A stretch of 64,000 nt of DNA, taken from positions 197,160,001 to 197,224,000 of the forward strand of contig OX597815.1 of the NCBI GenBank assembly GCA_951406725.2, given 5' to 3'. The DNA comes from Octopus vulgaris (Eukaryota). Positions within the stretch are counted from its first letter, which is position 1, and the number at the start of each line of letters is the position of its first letter. The notes beneath the pieces are model-generated. The model had not been told where the DNA came from. It worked only from the letters and a program-made list of their open reading frames with translations, and made no database searches. A program made the position numbers and the translations under genes. Shown here piece after piece: positions 1 through 14,268 of this stretch.

Positions 1-189
1 AAGACAATATACATAATTTGAAATTATATACTTCAAAATTCTAATAGGTTCAGGAATTAAATTAATATATACATACATACATTTATATATATTCACACAC
101 ATACACGCTAGCGCGCACATGCATTTTCTACCTACCTATCTATGTATCTATGTGTATATGTATGTATGTATCTATGTATATATGTATAT

Positions 190-190
190 T

Positions 191-257
<67 letters not shown>

Positions 258-270
258 GTCTATCTGTCTG

Positions 271-347
<77 letters not shown>

Positions 348-357
348 TTATCTATCC

Positions 358-416
<59 letters not shown>

Positions 417-425
417 CATCTATCA
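190..425. repeat. (CTAT)n microsatellite
   Basis: Near-perfect TCTA tetramer run; explains the overlapping YLSI ORFs. Confidence 0.97.
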
Positions 426-2266
426 ATAATTATTCTATAAAGTCAAAACAATGGAACTTATAAGAAATAATACAAGTCTATGGTTTGTGCTTTTACTGTG
501 TATTTCAGTATTTTTGAGATAAGAAGTACTTGTTCAGAAAACTTTTGGGGGAAGATGTGTGGTAATCTAACTCCTCTGTTCTGTAGCGTACGTATATGAA
601 AGGTTGTTTCGCGTGAGCAGGATAGTGCTGATATATTAACCATTCAACTGCCTAGAAGATCGGTTTTGCTGTTAGTGCTTGAGTTGATCTTTTTAATTAA
701 GATGACTTTTTTCTCTTATCAAATTACCAATGTTACTTTCTGTAGATTCAATGGAAACGTGGATGTCATGCGTATAGCATCAACGTCGTAGTTTTTGGGC
801 GGAAGAAGCATTAGCATAGATTTAGTCTTTATCACGTATATATACTTGTCTTATGGTACTTCCGATGTGGTACATTGGTGGATACAGGAAATCATATAAT
901 TTTGTATTGAGTACTTATATGAATAAATGCTTTCTGAGTTCTATACTGTGTATAATATACGCGCACACACACATACGCACACACTTACTTCTTTATATGG
1001 GTCGGATTGTGTGTGTGAAAATGACTTGTGTATTTGGAAGACGTTATTTGATTAAGAAATGTTACTTCTAAATTTTGGGATGAAATATATAATGAACACT
1101 AAATTTATGAATATAAACATCTGTCAACTGATCGGAAATAAGAAGCCATTTTGTTTGTAAGTATAGAAAGGTGTAAGCGATGATTAAATTTTTCATGGCA
1201 CTTTATCTTGAGGAACTTAAGATTAAGATATAGATAAAGCCTTGCTCTATGGCAATCATTATTGATAAAATAGCATTTCCATTATACATATACTTATATT
1301 CTTCTATGTACCCAATAATTTTATAGCAATAATAGCACTTCTATCATGAATATTATATTCAACACTGTTTCATATAGCATTACAGATATATAATTTGCTC
1401 ACAACAAAACGTAGTGAGAGATTTATGCTGATATATTTTACTGAAGACTCCTATTTAAGAAGTAGACGTAAAAATACGTACATATATATGTATGAAATGT
1501 GCTTGCGTGTGTATATGGAAAAGCGTGTGAGTGGGTGTGAGTGCGTGTGTATGTGTTTAAGTTCGTGTATTCCATGTGCGCCCGAAAATTTGCAAAAACA
1601 TTGGCATACACTTTACATTATAAGAATTATAAGAATTTACTTATATTTGTATGTCTGTATATCCCATCCCATTCTCTCTTCATATATATATATATTTATA
1701 TGTTATGTACACCCACCCACACATATACACATATATGCGTGTGTGTGCGCGTATATATATATATACTTATATACGATGTGATTTGAGTTTATGGAAAGAG
1801 ATCCCATACAACTCAACAATTTAGCTAAAATTAGTTAAATACAAATTCCTGTTTGAATTGAATTAAATTAAATTAAATTAATCAATTTAGTTAATTATAT
1901 CTAATGCCTAACTGGACTCACATCTCTCTTTATCATAACGATAGATATGAAAATCCAAGATTTTATTCTGACATTGAATCAGGAATTTCCATTATTTTTA
2001 TTTCTCTGTACGAAACGATCGTCTGCATGAATTAAAATTCTCTTATATATTTTAACAAATTCCCTTCTTCGTTTTTAAGTAAGTTGTTAAGTTTTATTGG
2101 ATTTCTCTCTGTAAATTCACAACACATCATATGCAAATTTTATTTTCATATTCGCAAATTTAGGCCTGTAAACTACCAGCAAAATATGAAGAATCAATAT
2201 TAGAAATCTTTTTTTCGAAATCTCCAAATTAAAGGTCGAATCTAAATTCAACATTTTTACACCTAT

Positions 2267-2302
<36 letters not shown>

Positions 2303-2307
<5 letters not shown>

Positions 2308-2900
2308 AGAGCCGCCTGAAAAGATCATAGGCTGACAAATTTACTTCCATCGGATGTGACGAAATTAGCTTTATTTTTCAACATAGTCCCTCTCGCAGCC
2401 CACACAATTCTTGCATCGGTGTTGCAGTGCAAGTATCTTATTGGCGAAGAGGCTTTCATCCTGTTGTTTAAAAAACACATCAACAGCAAATATGACGCTA
2501 TCATCACTGCGATTAAAGTTATCAGTGAAGTGTTTTTTCATGTTGGGAAACAATTGATAATCGGGCCCAACTAGGGGGAATAGTGGGGGTGATCAACCAG
2601 TTCAAATCACAGTCACACACAGTAGTCGTTGAAACGAGGAGCTTGTGTGCTGGTGCATTGCTCTGAAAAAATCCCCAGAAAACTTCCCTTCAGTTTTCGT
2701 GAGTGTTTGGTCTTGATAGCATTTCGTAACTGCCTCAACAAATTGCCATAGTGCTCTTCTTTGGTGGTGTGGCTCTCCTGAATATAGTCAATAGACGCAA
2801 TGCCTTTTGCACCTCGAAAACCTGAGGTCATCAGCTTCCCTACAGATGAAACGATCTTGGTCTTCTTTGGAGTAGGTGAGGATGGATGTTGATACAACAA
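2303..2900 (-). mobile_element. Decayed mariner transposase fragment (C-terminal half and probable 3' end)
   Basis: Minus-strand translation gives HPSSPTPKKTKIVSSVGKLM..IDY..LLRQLRNAIKTK, then ..DHPHYSP.. and ..RCKNCVGCERDYVEK*, all mariner-like motifs; stops and frameshifts present. Confidence 0.85.
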
Positions 2901-3733
2901 AGATTATCCATTAAAATTGTGGAGAATAAATAAACTGAAGGATGTCAGGAAATTATGCTATTTCATGTAACTATATGGCCAGCAATTGTGGTATTAAGGG
3001 AAAGAGAATTTGGAAAATTCGAAAAATGTCCTCTCAAACTGACAATACTGTAACATTGTTATGTAACGTTAAAAGATGAGGAAGCCTGTAGAAGCAGAAG
3101 AGAGAAAAGAATACCTAAAGATGGATAGAGTCATGCTCCCTATAAAATTGTCGAATTTGAGAGACGTAAGTGCGTTTTTATAAATCGGCATTAAAAATGC
3201 ATGTGTTCAGTAAACCTCTTTTTAATACTTATTTTGGAACTTATATCGGATGCAAAAGTTGCAATCCATATTAAATTACACTTTCTTCTAAATGTTTCTT
3301 TCTATTGTAAAACATCTGGAGAAGTTTCATGCCGACGATATCATGGGCACCGAAAGTCACAGAACAGAATTTATTAAATTTAAGAATGATAATAGCGAGT
3401 AATATTTATAAGGCTAAAAAATATCATGAAGAACTATGCTGTTAAGTTCTTTATCATTATTTATCTAAGCATGACACCATCTGTCATATCCTTAATAAAG
3501 GAGTTTGAATAACATATTTCGTCATTCTCTTATATACTGAACTCAGCTTCCTCGATCTCTAACTCATCTTAACGAAATGTTTTTTTTAAAAAAAGTAATG
3601 AAATAATTGTAAATATTTTAAAGTATTTTTCTTCAAATTTTGGATTTGCCCATAGACTTTGTCGTTTTTTAATTTCAGTTTTAATGATTTTTTAAAATCC
3701 ACATCCACACACGTAAACACCCACAAGAATACA

Positions 3734-3774
<41 letters not shown>

Positions 3775-3931
3775 CTGTGTATATATTATATACATATATG
3801 TGTGCGTATGAATGTCTATAAAATTATGCTTTTATATTCACCCATACTAATCGTTATAAATGCAAAAATTTGGACATCTCACATGCATATGCACTATCAC
3901 TGAATATCCTTTTATATATTATACTAAATGC

Positions 3932-4280
<349 letters not shown>

Positions 4281-5648
4281 CGTAGGTAGATAGATATAAT
4301 AAATTAAACATCTCTATCTTAGCCGTCGCAAAATTCTCTCATTAATCACCTTTGTCAATAGAAATTGCACTGCTACCATCATGAATCACATACCAAATAT
4401 GATTTATATATTACACCATTGTTCCCTCCTGCTCAGTTAGTACCATTATTGTAGACGGAATTAACGTTAATAAAACTCGCCGTGTGGTTTCCAGGAATAT
4501 GATAGATTTACTTCGTTCCTAAAGCATTTATAATTTTATAACGGTATGGTCTCCCCATTAGTGTTACTTATATTCATAAAAAAAATTGCGGTCATTTGTA
4601 AAGACTAGGTGACGGTATTCATGAAACCCAACACTTAATGTGAATGATTCTGTCGTAAGTTATAAATTATAGAGACAAAAAGATTTGGATATACGTTATT
4701 CCGTCTTTTCAGAGAGTCTAACTCGTATCTTAACAATTAGAATAATGTCTTTTATTTCGACGCAACATATGACTTTATCTCATTTATCTAGGCGATAAGT
4801 TTATTCTGCTATAGTGGATTACGTTCAATTACTAAAATCTAAGATATTTTGGGAGATTCGATAAGACTACATTTTGAAGGAAATATAGAATGTATTCGAA
4901 TTTATTAAGATTTCCGGGAAGTGATGTATTGTATTGACAAAAATCATCAATCATAGGCAACCTGTATAACCCGAAGCATATATATAATATAGATTTCATC
5001 CATGTATTTTATTGGAATGTTTTGCAAGCAAACTTTCTAAATTGTATTACTAGCTGTTATTGAGTAGTATTAGTCCCTGTATATGCAGTAAACATTCGAC
5101 ATTTAATATATTTATCTGCAAGATATGCCTTTATGTAGAATCCTATTGTGATAGAGTTACATTAAAATAGATTGAGGCATAACACAGAGTACAGACTATT
5201 AAATAAGAAAAATGCTTTTCCCACGCAGTTTACTTTTCAAGGTTTCTTGTATGAAATTACAGAATATTATCTCTTAGTTATAGCTTCCAAACCGAAAAAT
5301 TAATGGCATATCGATACAATATATATGCAAAAATCACCCAACCACGTGCACACTGACGCGTATATACATGTATGTGCATGTACATATATATATATATGTG
5401 TGTGTGTGTGTGTATACATACACACATATATATATATATACTTATGTATATATGTATAGTTTACAAATGAGATCCAGAGATTCTCCGTATAGAAGATACG
5501 AAGTAGTGCTCAAAAGTTTCAAACCTAGACTCCGATGTCTTTACAGGGGATCGATTCCACGAGGTAAAGAAAAGCTATAAGACGGATCATGTTAAGCGGG
5601 TATGGGGGCAATTGTGCGAATAAACAAATTAGACACATAACAACTGCT

Positions 5649-5737
<89 letters not shown>

Positions 5738-5764
5738 ATATGTATGTATATATATTTGTGTGCG

Positions 5765-6026
5765 TGTTTTTGTTTGTTCCTTCTCAAACCATGCCTGGCT
5801 CAAAAGGACCGGTTTCCCGGTTTCCTTGGCGTATAGGTTCCCCACCTGGACGGGACGCCGGTCCGTCGCAGATGAGCTGCAAGATGCAGGAGGAAAGAAT
5901 TAGAGAAAGGTGTGGGGAGAGAGCCGCGTGGAGTTTAGGTGTTTCGCTCATAAACACACATATCGGCCGGTCTGAGATTCGAACCCGCGAGTCCGCTGCT
6001 CTAACCACTAGTCCATGTGCTTCCAC
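5765..6026 (-). mobile_element. tRNA-derived SINE, group A head (OR-like) with V-domain-like 3' half
   Basis: Minus strand has A box TGGACTAGTGG and B box GGTTCGAATCT; head shared with 10884 copy; 3' half CTGCGACGGACCGGCGTCCCGTCCAGG..GAAACCGGGAAACCG shared with the 53715 copy. Confidence 0.85.
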
Positions 6027-7035
6027 ATATATTATTTGTATTATACGTATGTATGTATGTATAACTATATAAACAGTGAAACTTTAGTCAAATGCACACT
6101 CAGTACCTTCAAAAAGTATATCGTAGATTTTGCATTGAAAAGACAGACAGTTCTTTGAAAGAACTTTTTAAGATTCTCTTTAATCAAAATAATTCTATAT
6201 AATCCTTGTATCAAATATTTTTCGGTATGTATACGTATGTGTGTGCATAGAATTATCGATATTTCTTAGATTATCCAGAGAGAAAATTTCTAACGCTTTG
6301 TCTCTAATATACCTGTTTCTATTAGAAATCTTTATATATGACAGTATTTGTAATTTGAATTGATATTTATTGCAAAGTTGGTGCTATTTCAGGATTACTT
6401 GGTACTTTAATACACCGCGAGCATTTTATCTAACTTAACACATTTCAAAATTGCGCACATGCTAACTCTGCAAAAGGTAGTTTGAGACCAACAAATGACA
6501 GAAACTTAGCTATACTCTAGACTATTCAATTATATACATATCTAAACAAAATTCTGCACAATAACTAACACTAAAGGTACACTGGCTATCGTTATTGGTT
6601 GATTAGAAATAGCTTAAGATTTGGTGAATATCACTTAAATTATGTTTTTTTCCTGTTTATAAAATATTTGGATTGACGTTATGTATTCAGCTTCTTTTTT
6701 CTTTACTTATGTAGATTTCGAAGCCTATCTTTATTTCTGCTGTGGCAGTTGCTGTGAATATGGTTAGCAACCAGTTTAAGCATAATATCACATTTAAAAG
6801 TGTCTAAAAGTTAATATTAAATAAGAAATAAATCATAAAATAGTAAAATGAATATGTCACTCATAAAATCTAATTTTCTTCGGAGTACATATACAAAAAA
6901 AAAGAAAGAAAAAAGAAAATCCCGCCACCAAAGAGACGCACAATTGGTCGTACGTCTCTTTGGATTGTATTACATTAGAATACAAACAGGTCAGAAAACT
7001 ATATGTGACTAATATACATTTATACAGATTTATAA

Positions 7036-7103
<68 letters not shown>

Positions 7104-7133
7104 TCAAAATAAAAACATGATGCCAAGGATTCA

Positions 7134-7211
7134 GCGGTACATATGTTTCGGGCCTTTATTAGACGGATTTATAACAATGCATAATGTGTGTCTGTGGCCT
7201 TCTTCAGCCGC
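7134..7211 (-). ncRNA. Type I hammerhead ribozyme motif
   Basis: Minus strand reads GCGG-CTGAAGA-AGGCC..loop..GGCCC-GAAA-CATATG-TA-CCGC: stem I GCGG/CCGC, canonical core, palindromic stem III ACATATGT, one mismatch at pair 10.1/11.1. Confidence 0.75.
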
Positions 7212-7229
7212 GCACAACTACTTCTTCAA

Positions 7230-7272
<43 letters not shown>

Positions 7273-7289
7273 CACATATATGGATTACT

Positions 7290-7850
7290 GGTCACAGTGT
7301 GAAATTAACAGCGGACCATGAAGCATTCCAGAGAAGATTCACAAAGAAGATCGTCTCTTTGCAACACCTCACCTACTGGGAAAGGTTGAAACAGCTAAGA
7401 CTCTACTGCATGGTGAGGAGACGGGAGAGGTATGCAGTAATATATGTCTGGAAGATCCTGGAAAGAATTGTGCCAAATTTTGGCATTGTAAGCTACACCA
7501 ATGCTAGAACGGAACGACACTGCATAGTGCCAAAGATCGCAGCAATGCCATCGCGCTTCAGGACCAGCTACTGCAACAGCCTGGGTTTCAAGGGCACACA
7601 GCTTTTTAATATTCTCCCAAAGAGTCTGAGGAACTTGCACAAAGTAGATGTAGCGGTTTTTAAATCAAAACTGGACATCTTCCTGTCGAGAGTCCAAGAT
7701 GAACCTACCTCATGGCAAGAGGTGAAAATGAGGGTAGCTATATCAAACTCCATTCTTCACCAAGTGCCACATATTAGCGGGGGCTCTTAGTAATAACAGA
7801 GTTGCACAAAACGGCGGTGCATCAGCATGGCCGCAGCTTTGAGCTGAAAA
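7290..7850 (+). mobile_element. CR1-like LINE, 5'-truncated 3' end (post-RT region and 3' tail)
   Basis: EAFQRRFTKKIVSLQHLTYWERLKQLRLY..RRRERYAVIYVWKIL..LFNILPKSLRN..FKSKLDIFL is typical of the CR1/L2-group ORF2 C-terminus; lies between TA arrays. Confidence 0.88.
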
Positions 7851-9174
7851 TATATATATATATACATATATATATATGTATGTGTGTGTATATTTATATA
7901 CATACATATACATAAACATATACATATATATATATTTATATATATATACATATATATACTTATATATATATGTGTGTATACACATATATGTATATATATG
8001 AGTGTGTATATATGTATAATACGTGTATGTGTTTGTGTTTCTATATACTTATAAATACATATATATCTATATATACGTGCATACATAGATATATTCACAC
8101 ATGCATAAACACATACGCGACAGAAATAATTTTGTTGACACATACAAAATGCTATTAGATATTTTAGCTCGTTTCCAGACCTCGGTTTAACTCACGTACA
8201 TGTCAGTTATGGTATGACGTCCCTTCCATTTCTATGCAATAGCTGTTCGCATAATATTCAACATACATGGCCCATGCTGTCAAGTATGATTCAGTACATA
8301 GCATACAACTTTTGATGATGAATTTCATCTTATGATGGGTATTTGTTAGAATGAGTTTAGTTTCCTGTTTCGAAATAGGGTGGTGTATACGATCTGTAAC
8401 GTTGTGCATGGCAGACGTTGAACTAAATATAAATATTTCTAAATAGTGGTGCATTGATAGGATTTACTAACGTAATAATTCACTTTCACTTTCTCTTCCT
8501 ATATCGAAATACCCATATGCAGTTTTACAAATGAGCTGTCGGAAGGAGTTGGTGTGATGTTCTACGAAATAATTTAATGGATGCTCTGCTAGTCGGGATC
8601 TTTTATGTAAATAATTTATCTCAATAGATTATGCATATTCCAATGCATTTATCTTTCGGCTACAAAGCTTGCTAATTCGTGTATTCATCATTTGTCGGAA
8701 CGTCTTAGTTATACCACAAAATTCATTTCTCAAAGTTAGGATATATTCTTTAAGTGTATATTTTGCATTATTAAGAAGGTCTGTAGAAGACAAACCATAC
8801 AGAAATCCGTTTCAAGAAATATACACTTACACACGCACACAATTAGGAACATTTATATGCATAGAGATACATTCTCACGCAAATACATATACCTGTTTTG
8901 TCTGGACTCATACACGCCACACACACACACACACACACCCATATTCACATAAAAGGACAATATCTGTAAATACAAATATACTTATATATTTATTCTAGAG
9001 TAAGACACGCAGGCAAGACAAACGCGTACAAACATACACGCACGCACACATACATATACACACACATATTCATATACATATCTACATCAGAACATAGAAA
9101 TTTACTTATATATTTATACATTATTAAGACACATAGGCAAGACAAACGCGTGCAAACATTCACACACATATACA

Positions 9175-9257
<83 letters not shown>

Positions 9258-9342
9258 ATATATACACACACACACATACATATGCCTACACGCACGCACA
9301 CACATATAAAATGAGGCATGTTCTCACATTCTCACACATGTG

Positions 9343-9381
<39 letters not shown>

Positions 9382-9629
9382 GAGGGTACTATTATTCATA
9401 GGTACCGCACGCTAGGAGGGAGTTTTACAGTCAAAACTACTAAAATAAACAAATTGTACCAAATGCAAAACTTCAAACCGAGTCATTTAAAAACAGAATT
9501 AAGTTACATATCACCTGTGATTTCGCAATCAATGCAGAAAAAATACAACGTCACATACCCGACAACCAACCGTAGAATTCGCCGCAGCATGTACGAATGT
9601 TTATCTTTAATTATCTTTACATATCTCTA

Positions 9630-9688
<59 letters not shown>

Positions 9689-10077
9689 GTGATAACCTAC
9701 AAATTAATCATAAAGCATATAGAATTACCATACCAGACATACTAACGTTTTAGGCCCATCGTTAATAGGAAAAATCATCTCGTTTGGAGAATATGTATGT
9801 ATCGATGATTATGTCCTGAAGGTGCTCCTTAAACTGCTGAATGTATCAAAAAGTTAATAAAATAGTACAAAATGTTTGATTGCTTGTTGCTCCCCAGAGA
9901 ATGAGGTTCATTCTTTGAGGTATAAGGTAACATTGTATAAGAATAAAAATAATTAACCAAATAATCGGATCCAAACTTTGAAATCTGAGGACTATTACCA
10001 GCAGTCCATAAAATTGTTAACTATTTTTCTTACTCTATGTATGTATGTATGTATGTATGTATGTATGTATGTATGTA

Positions 10078-10108
<31 letters not shown>

Positions 10109-10189
10109 ATGTATGTATGTATGTTTGTATGTATGTATGCATGCATGTATGTATGTATGTATGTATGTATGTATGTATGTATGTATGTT

Positions 10190-10446
10190 GTGATACACGA
10201 TCCCTATTGATCGTTTTTTTTCCTCTTCCCCTTTTTTCCTCTTTTTTCTTCTTTTTTAAATTTTTCTTTTCTTTCGTTTCTTTTTCCATTTTTTTCCTCT
10301 TTTTTCTTTTTTCTTTTTTTTTTGTTCTTTTTTCCCTTTTACGATCCCTTTTGATCGAAAACCTTTTTTTTTTCTCCCCCAAAAGAAAAGCTCTACCTTG
10401 TAAATTGTCCCATCTGTGTGCAGCCCTGTGTGGCCAATAAAGAAAC
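10190..10446 (+). mobile_element. Probable LINE 3' UTR remnant sharing its terminus with group B SINE
   Basis: T-rich tract with CGATCCCT(A/T)TTGATCG twice; ends TGTCCCATCTGTGTGCAGCCCTGTGTGGCCAATAAAGAAA, similar to the group B tail TGTCCCCTCTATGTTTAGCCCCTTGTGGGCAATAAAGAAA. Confidence 0.5.
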
Positions 10447-10568
10447 TTATCTATCTATCTTATTATAATGTTAGATGAGGGGTATAAACAACAACTTCGA
10501 AATTTCGGCTAACTCGTCTTCATCAAACAGTCTGATTATTTTACTAAACTACAATAAATATGTATTCA

Positions 10569-10765
10569 AAACGGCGAGCTGGCAGCAACGTTAGCACGCC
10601 GGGCGAATTGCTTAGCGATATTTCGTCTGTCTTTATGTTCTGAGTTCAAATTCCGCCGAGGTCGACATTACCTTCACTCTTTTGTGGGTCGTTGCACATT
10701 GCAGTCGATCTAACCGGCTGGCTCCTCCCCCAAAATTTCGGGCCTTGTGCCTAGAGTAGAATGGA
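10569..10765 (+). mobile_element. tRNA-derived SINE, group B (tail type 1)
   Basis: GGCGAGCTGGCAGCAACGTTAGCACGCCGGGCG head, B-box-like GAGTTCAAATTCC, GAGGTCGAC core; homologous to the copies at 36044, 50540, 55920 and 62240. Confidence 0.85.
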
Positions 10766-10883
10766 ATATCTATTCTGCAAAATGTGTCATATAATCATTC
10801 GGTTTAATATAAAATTGTTTTTATTATATCTCAACATAGCAACAAACAGATATCTACCTACCTACATGCATACATACATATAT

Positions 10884-11183
10884 GTGGAGGCGCAATGGCC
10901 CAGTGGTTAGAGCAGCGGACTCGCAGTCGTAGGATCGCGGTTTCGATTCCCAGACCGGGCGTTGTGAGTGTTTATTGAGCGAAAACACCTAAAAGCTCCG
11001 CGACGCTCCGGCAGGGGGTGGTGATCCCTGCTGTACTTTTTCACCACTCTTTCTCCCACTCTTTCTTCTGTTGGCCTGCTCGCTTAGCCAGCGGGGTGGC
11101 GTCATTCAAAGGCTAAAACAATGCGAACGCATTGTGACCAGCGATGAGTAACAACATCTGATGGTCTGGTCGGTCACGTGATC
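10884..11183 (+). mobile_element. tRNA(Arg)-like SINE, group A (OR-like), full length
   Basis: A box TGGCCCAGTGG, anticodon-arm-like GCGGACTCGCAGTCGT, B box GTTTCGATTCC; head homologous to the 45200 and 5765 copies. Confidence 0.88.
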
Positions 11184-11194
11184 ACATACATATA

Positions 11195-11545
11195 TAACAC
11201 TACCTGAATATCAATCTTGAAAAATTAGGCTTCTCAATACTTGGAAGGAGAGAGCTAATTCGATGACTAGATATTCAAGCCATCACTGGAACTATAAAAA
11301 AAATCTGTAAAACGTTCCAGAGTTTTATCATTTAAGTATATAGAAACATGTCTAGATATGCAAGTATATGTATGAGAAAACATACGTAAAACAAACATAC
11401 AAATCTGCACGTGTACGCACATACATGAAAAAATATCCTGTTGTTGATGTTGATATTCCAATGAAGGAGTCTTGAATCTTAAGTTAAAAGCCCGTCCTTT
11501 CTCTATTAGCAAGAAATCTTGACGTAAATCGAATAAAGACATGCA
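11195..11545 (+). mobile_element. 3' end of RLE-type non-LTR retrotransposon (same family as 30160 and 31765)
   Basis: Shares ATTCAA(G/T)CCATCA(C/G)TGGAACT..CTGTTG(T/A)TG(A)TGTT..GCAAGAAAT(C/T)TTGA with the other two copies. Confidence 0.75.
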
Positions 11546-11573
11546 TAGACATACATATACATACAGAAATATT

Positions 11574-11611
<38 letters not shown>

Positions 11612-11812
11612 GTCACATAATCTCCCCAAAAGTAGACGCATGCCACAGAACCTCCCCAAAAGTAGACGCCAATATCTAAGCGTTATCTTTCTTTAGTAAC
11701 ATTATCTATAAAGGAATCATATCAATAAATGTAATCTTCACAAACCATGAATCTGCAGACACTTTCCCTTCACTAGAATGAAGGACTAACTATACATACA
11801 TACATACATACG

Positions 11813-11878
<66 letters not shown>

Positions 11879-12119
11879 CATGAGTGCGGCGCGTGCTTAT
11901 ACTTTATGGAGACATCTTAAGGTAGAGTTTAGACATTGGCGTCTTTTTCTACCATGTTGGCGACTTGTATACGTATATTTATCCTCTTATAGGAATTTTT
12001 ATCCAAGATACACTGCTTTAATATCTTAAATTTTGAAGTGATATTAGAATATATTATATAATAAAATATCGTACAATATCAAACAATAGATCTCGCTGTC
12101 TTCTAACTCCAATAATGCA

Positions 12120-12160
<41 letters not shown>

Positions 12161-12644
12161 GTGGGGGTACGTATTTAATCCCCTACTTTTTACTTAACAC
12201 AGCAATCCGTCGGTGTATATATGCATATATATACAATTTGGTTGCAGTATGCGTAATGCGAGCGCATGCCCATGCGTAGCATTTCAGAAACACAAAACTT
12301 TAGAAATGATAAAAGCGATGAAAACAGGAAAAAGATAGGTGCACATAAGGGAGAGAAATGTGGGAAAGTGAAGAGCAGAGAATGCTAAATATCAAACAAA
12401 TAAAAAAAAAACATCAACAAAAGAGAAGAACCTTCACCATTTATAGAATATTTTGTGAAAAAATTTAAAAAAAACCATTTCAAAAGGAGACACGTAAAAT
12501 ATAATATTTGAATTATTTAGCTTCTGTTTATATGGTTCATTTTGGTGTCAGATGTATGATATATTTCACAAACATCTTGTGATAAAGAAATGATTCTGTA
12601 TGATAGGTTCAAGTAATTATCCGATATATTTTTATATATATATA

Positions 12645-12760
12645 TTTAAACTATATGTTTACCGCCATCATCAAAGATTTTTTTGCATCCCGCTACACTT
12701 ATATTTACGTATTGTTAACATTGAACGTCTGCAAATCCGTTTTGTTGTATCACGTATTAT
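12645..12760 (+). repeat. ~115-bp dispersed repeat, second copy at 13694-13808
   Basis: TTTTTGCATCCCGCTACACTT..TTTACGTATTG..TTGTATCACGTATTAT present in both, same orientation. Confidence 0.8.
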
Positions 12761-13079
12761 ATTTTACGAATGCAGTTCAGTGGAGATGAAAAATGATGCG
12801 ATTGTTGAACTTTAAACCTGAAGCTAATTTACCTAAAAATCACATCCGCTACATTATTAAGCTTATGACTCTGCGAAGGTGAATATATTTTTTCATTTCA
12901 ACAGCGAAATGTAATTTCTATCCCTTGGAGAAAGACGGCCCATAGAATTCAATGTGCAAGACGAATGGAACTTTGAACATATGCATTCTTTCAGTCTTTT
13001 TAGACCTCCAACTGAGAGGCACACCCTTCTACATTTTATACAAGTTCTATTATGAATTTTAATAGCCACATCATTGTTT

Positions 13080-13660
13080 ACCATGGATAGATTCTATGAG
13101 AATTTTGATGGCTCACCAGGCCTGCACGTCTCATACACCTCCGCCCAGAAACCCACACACATAAAATGCAACACTCACTTTCTACAGGTTCCCACTTTTT
13201 AAGCCCCATCCTAATTCTCTCATACTTCACTCTCTCCCTCTCAAACCTTGAACAAACATCATGCACTATACTCCTCCATCTCGTGTGTCTCCCTCTCCCA
13301 ATAACCACCTACAAATCCTGTCCGTATTAGAGAACTTTTTAGGCCATCGTTAAACCTTAGTTTAGGCTTATACGCTGGTCTCCTGCCATCTTCCAGCTCA
13401 TCATACACTAGTTGCTTGAGCAGTCGCTCATCAAACAACCTTACCTATCTCTTCCCACCTGAAAGGTTTTTGCAAAATCTTTGACTCTATACTTCTAGTG
13501 ACGCCCTTCTCAAGCAACTCCACTTTACTAATGACGATTTTCCAATTTATTCCTCAAATCTTTCTCAGACAGTATTGATGAAATCGTTCCAGTTGCCTTA
13601 CCTGCCTACGGTAAACAACCCATGCCTCAATTTCATATAGCAAAGATGGGATGACGCATG
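13080..13660 (-). mobile_element. RTE-clade LINE ORF C-terminal fragment
   Basis: Minus strand gives RLFDERLLKQLVYDELEDGRRPAYKPKLRFNDGLK, then RWRSIVHD..GRRCMRRAGLVSHQNSH (terminal zinc-finger-like motif). Confidence 0.8.
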
Positions 13661-13802
13661 TGTTATATACCTTAACTTTAATTATATATATATATTTAAG
13701 TTATATGTTTATTGACATTATTAAACAATTTTTGCATCCCGCTACACTTTTATTTACGTATTGGTAACATTGAAAGTCTGCAATCCATTTCGTTGTATCA
13801 CG

Positions 13803-13847
<45 letters not shown>

Positions 13848-13918
13848 TGTATGTATATGTATATATATATAAAGAGAAAGACAAACATATATACATATAT
13901 ACATACATATATATATAT

Positions 13919-14268
13919 CAGAGTTCTCCTTCAAACAGGGACAACGGTTTACAGTGAAAAGCAACTTCACGTGTGCTTCGGAGAACCTAATATACTCACT
14001 AACCTGCTCCGGGTGTCAAGAGCAGTACATAGGCCAAACAAAAAATAGTTTGCGTAAAAGAATGGCCCTGCACAGATCCCAGATAAAGATTATCCCCAAA
14101 ACAGAAAAATAGCTTTCAGCCAACACATAGATACTTGCGCCAACAACAAAACAACAGGCTTCAGGATTTTCCCCCTCTACCAATTTAGGGACGATACAAC
14201 CTCGAGACAACGAATAAGTAAAGAAACTCTCTTTATTACAAAATACAAGCCACTTCTTAACGGGTCTA
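13919..14268 (+). mobile_element. Penelope-like element GIY-YIG endonuclease fragment
   Basis: FTVKSNFTCASENLIYSLTCSGCQEQYIGQTKNSLRKRMALHRSQIK, then a frameshift, then ..KETLFITKYKPLLN; LIY..YIG motif with conserved R, H, E and N. Confidence 0.88.

Noticed and set aside
10495-10530. Minus-strand TGATGAAGAC..GCCGAAA hammerhead-like string
   Set aside because: Lacks C3, stem I and a valid cleavage triplet
10884-10957. Possible tRNA-Arg gene
   Set aside because: It continues into a SINE body, has no oligo-T terminator, and the head recurs in other SINE copies
11620-11960. Possible small MITE (GACGCCAATATCTAA / TTAGACATTGGCGTC)
   Set aside because: Only a short imperfect inverted match, with no clear termini or TSD
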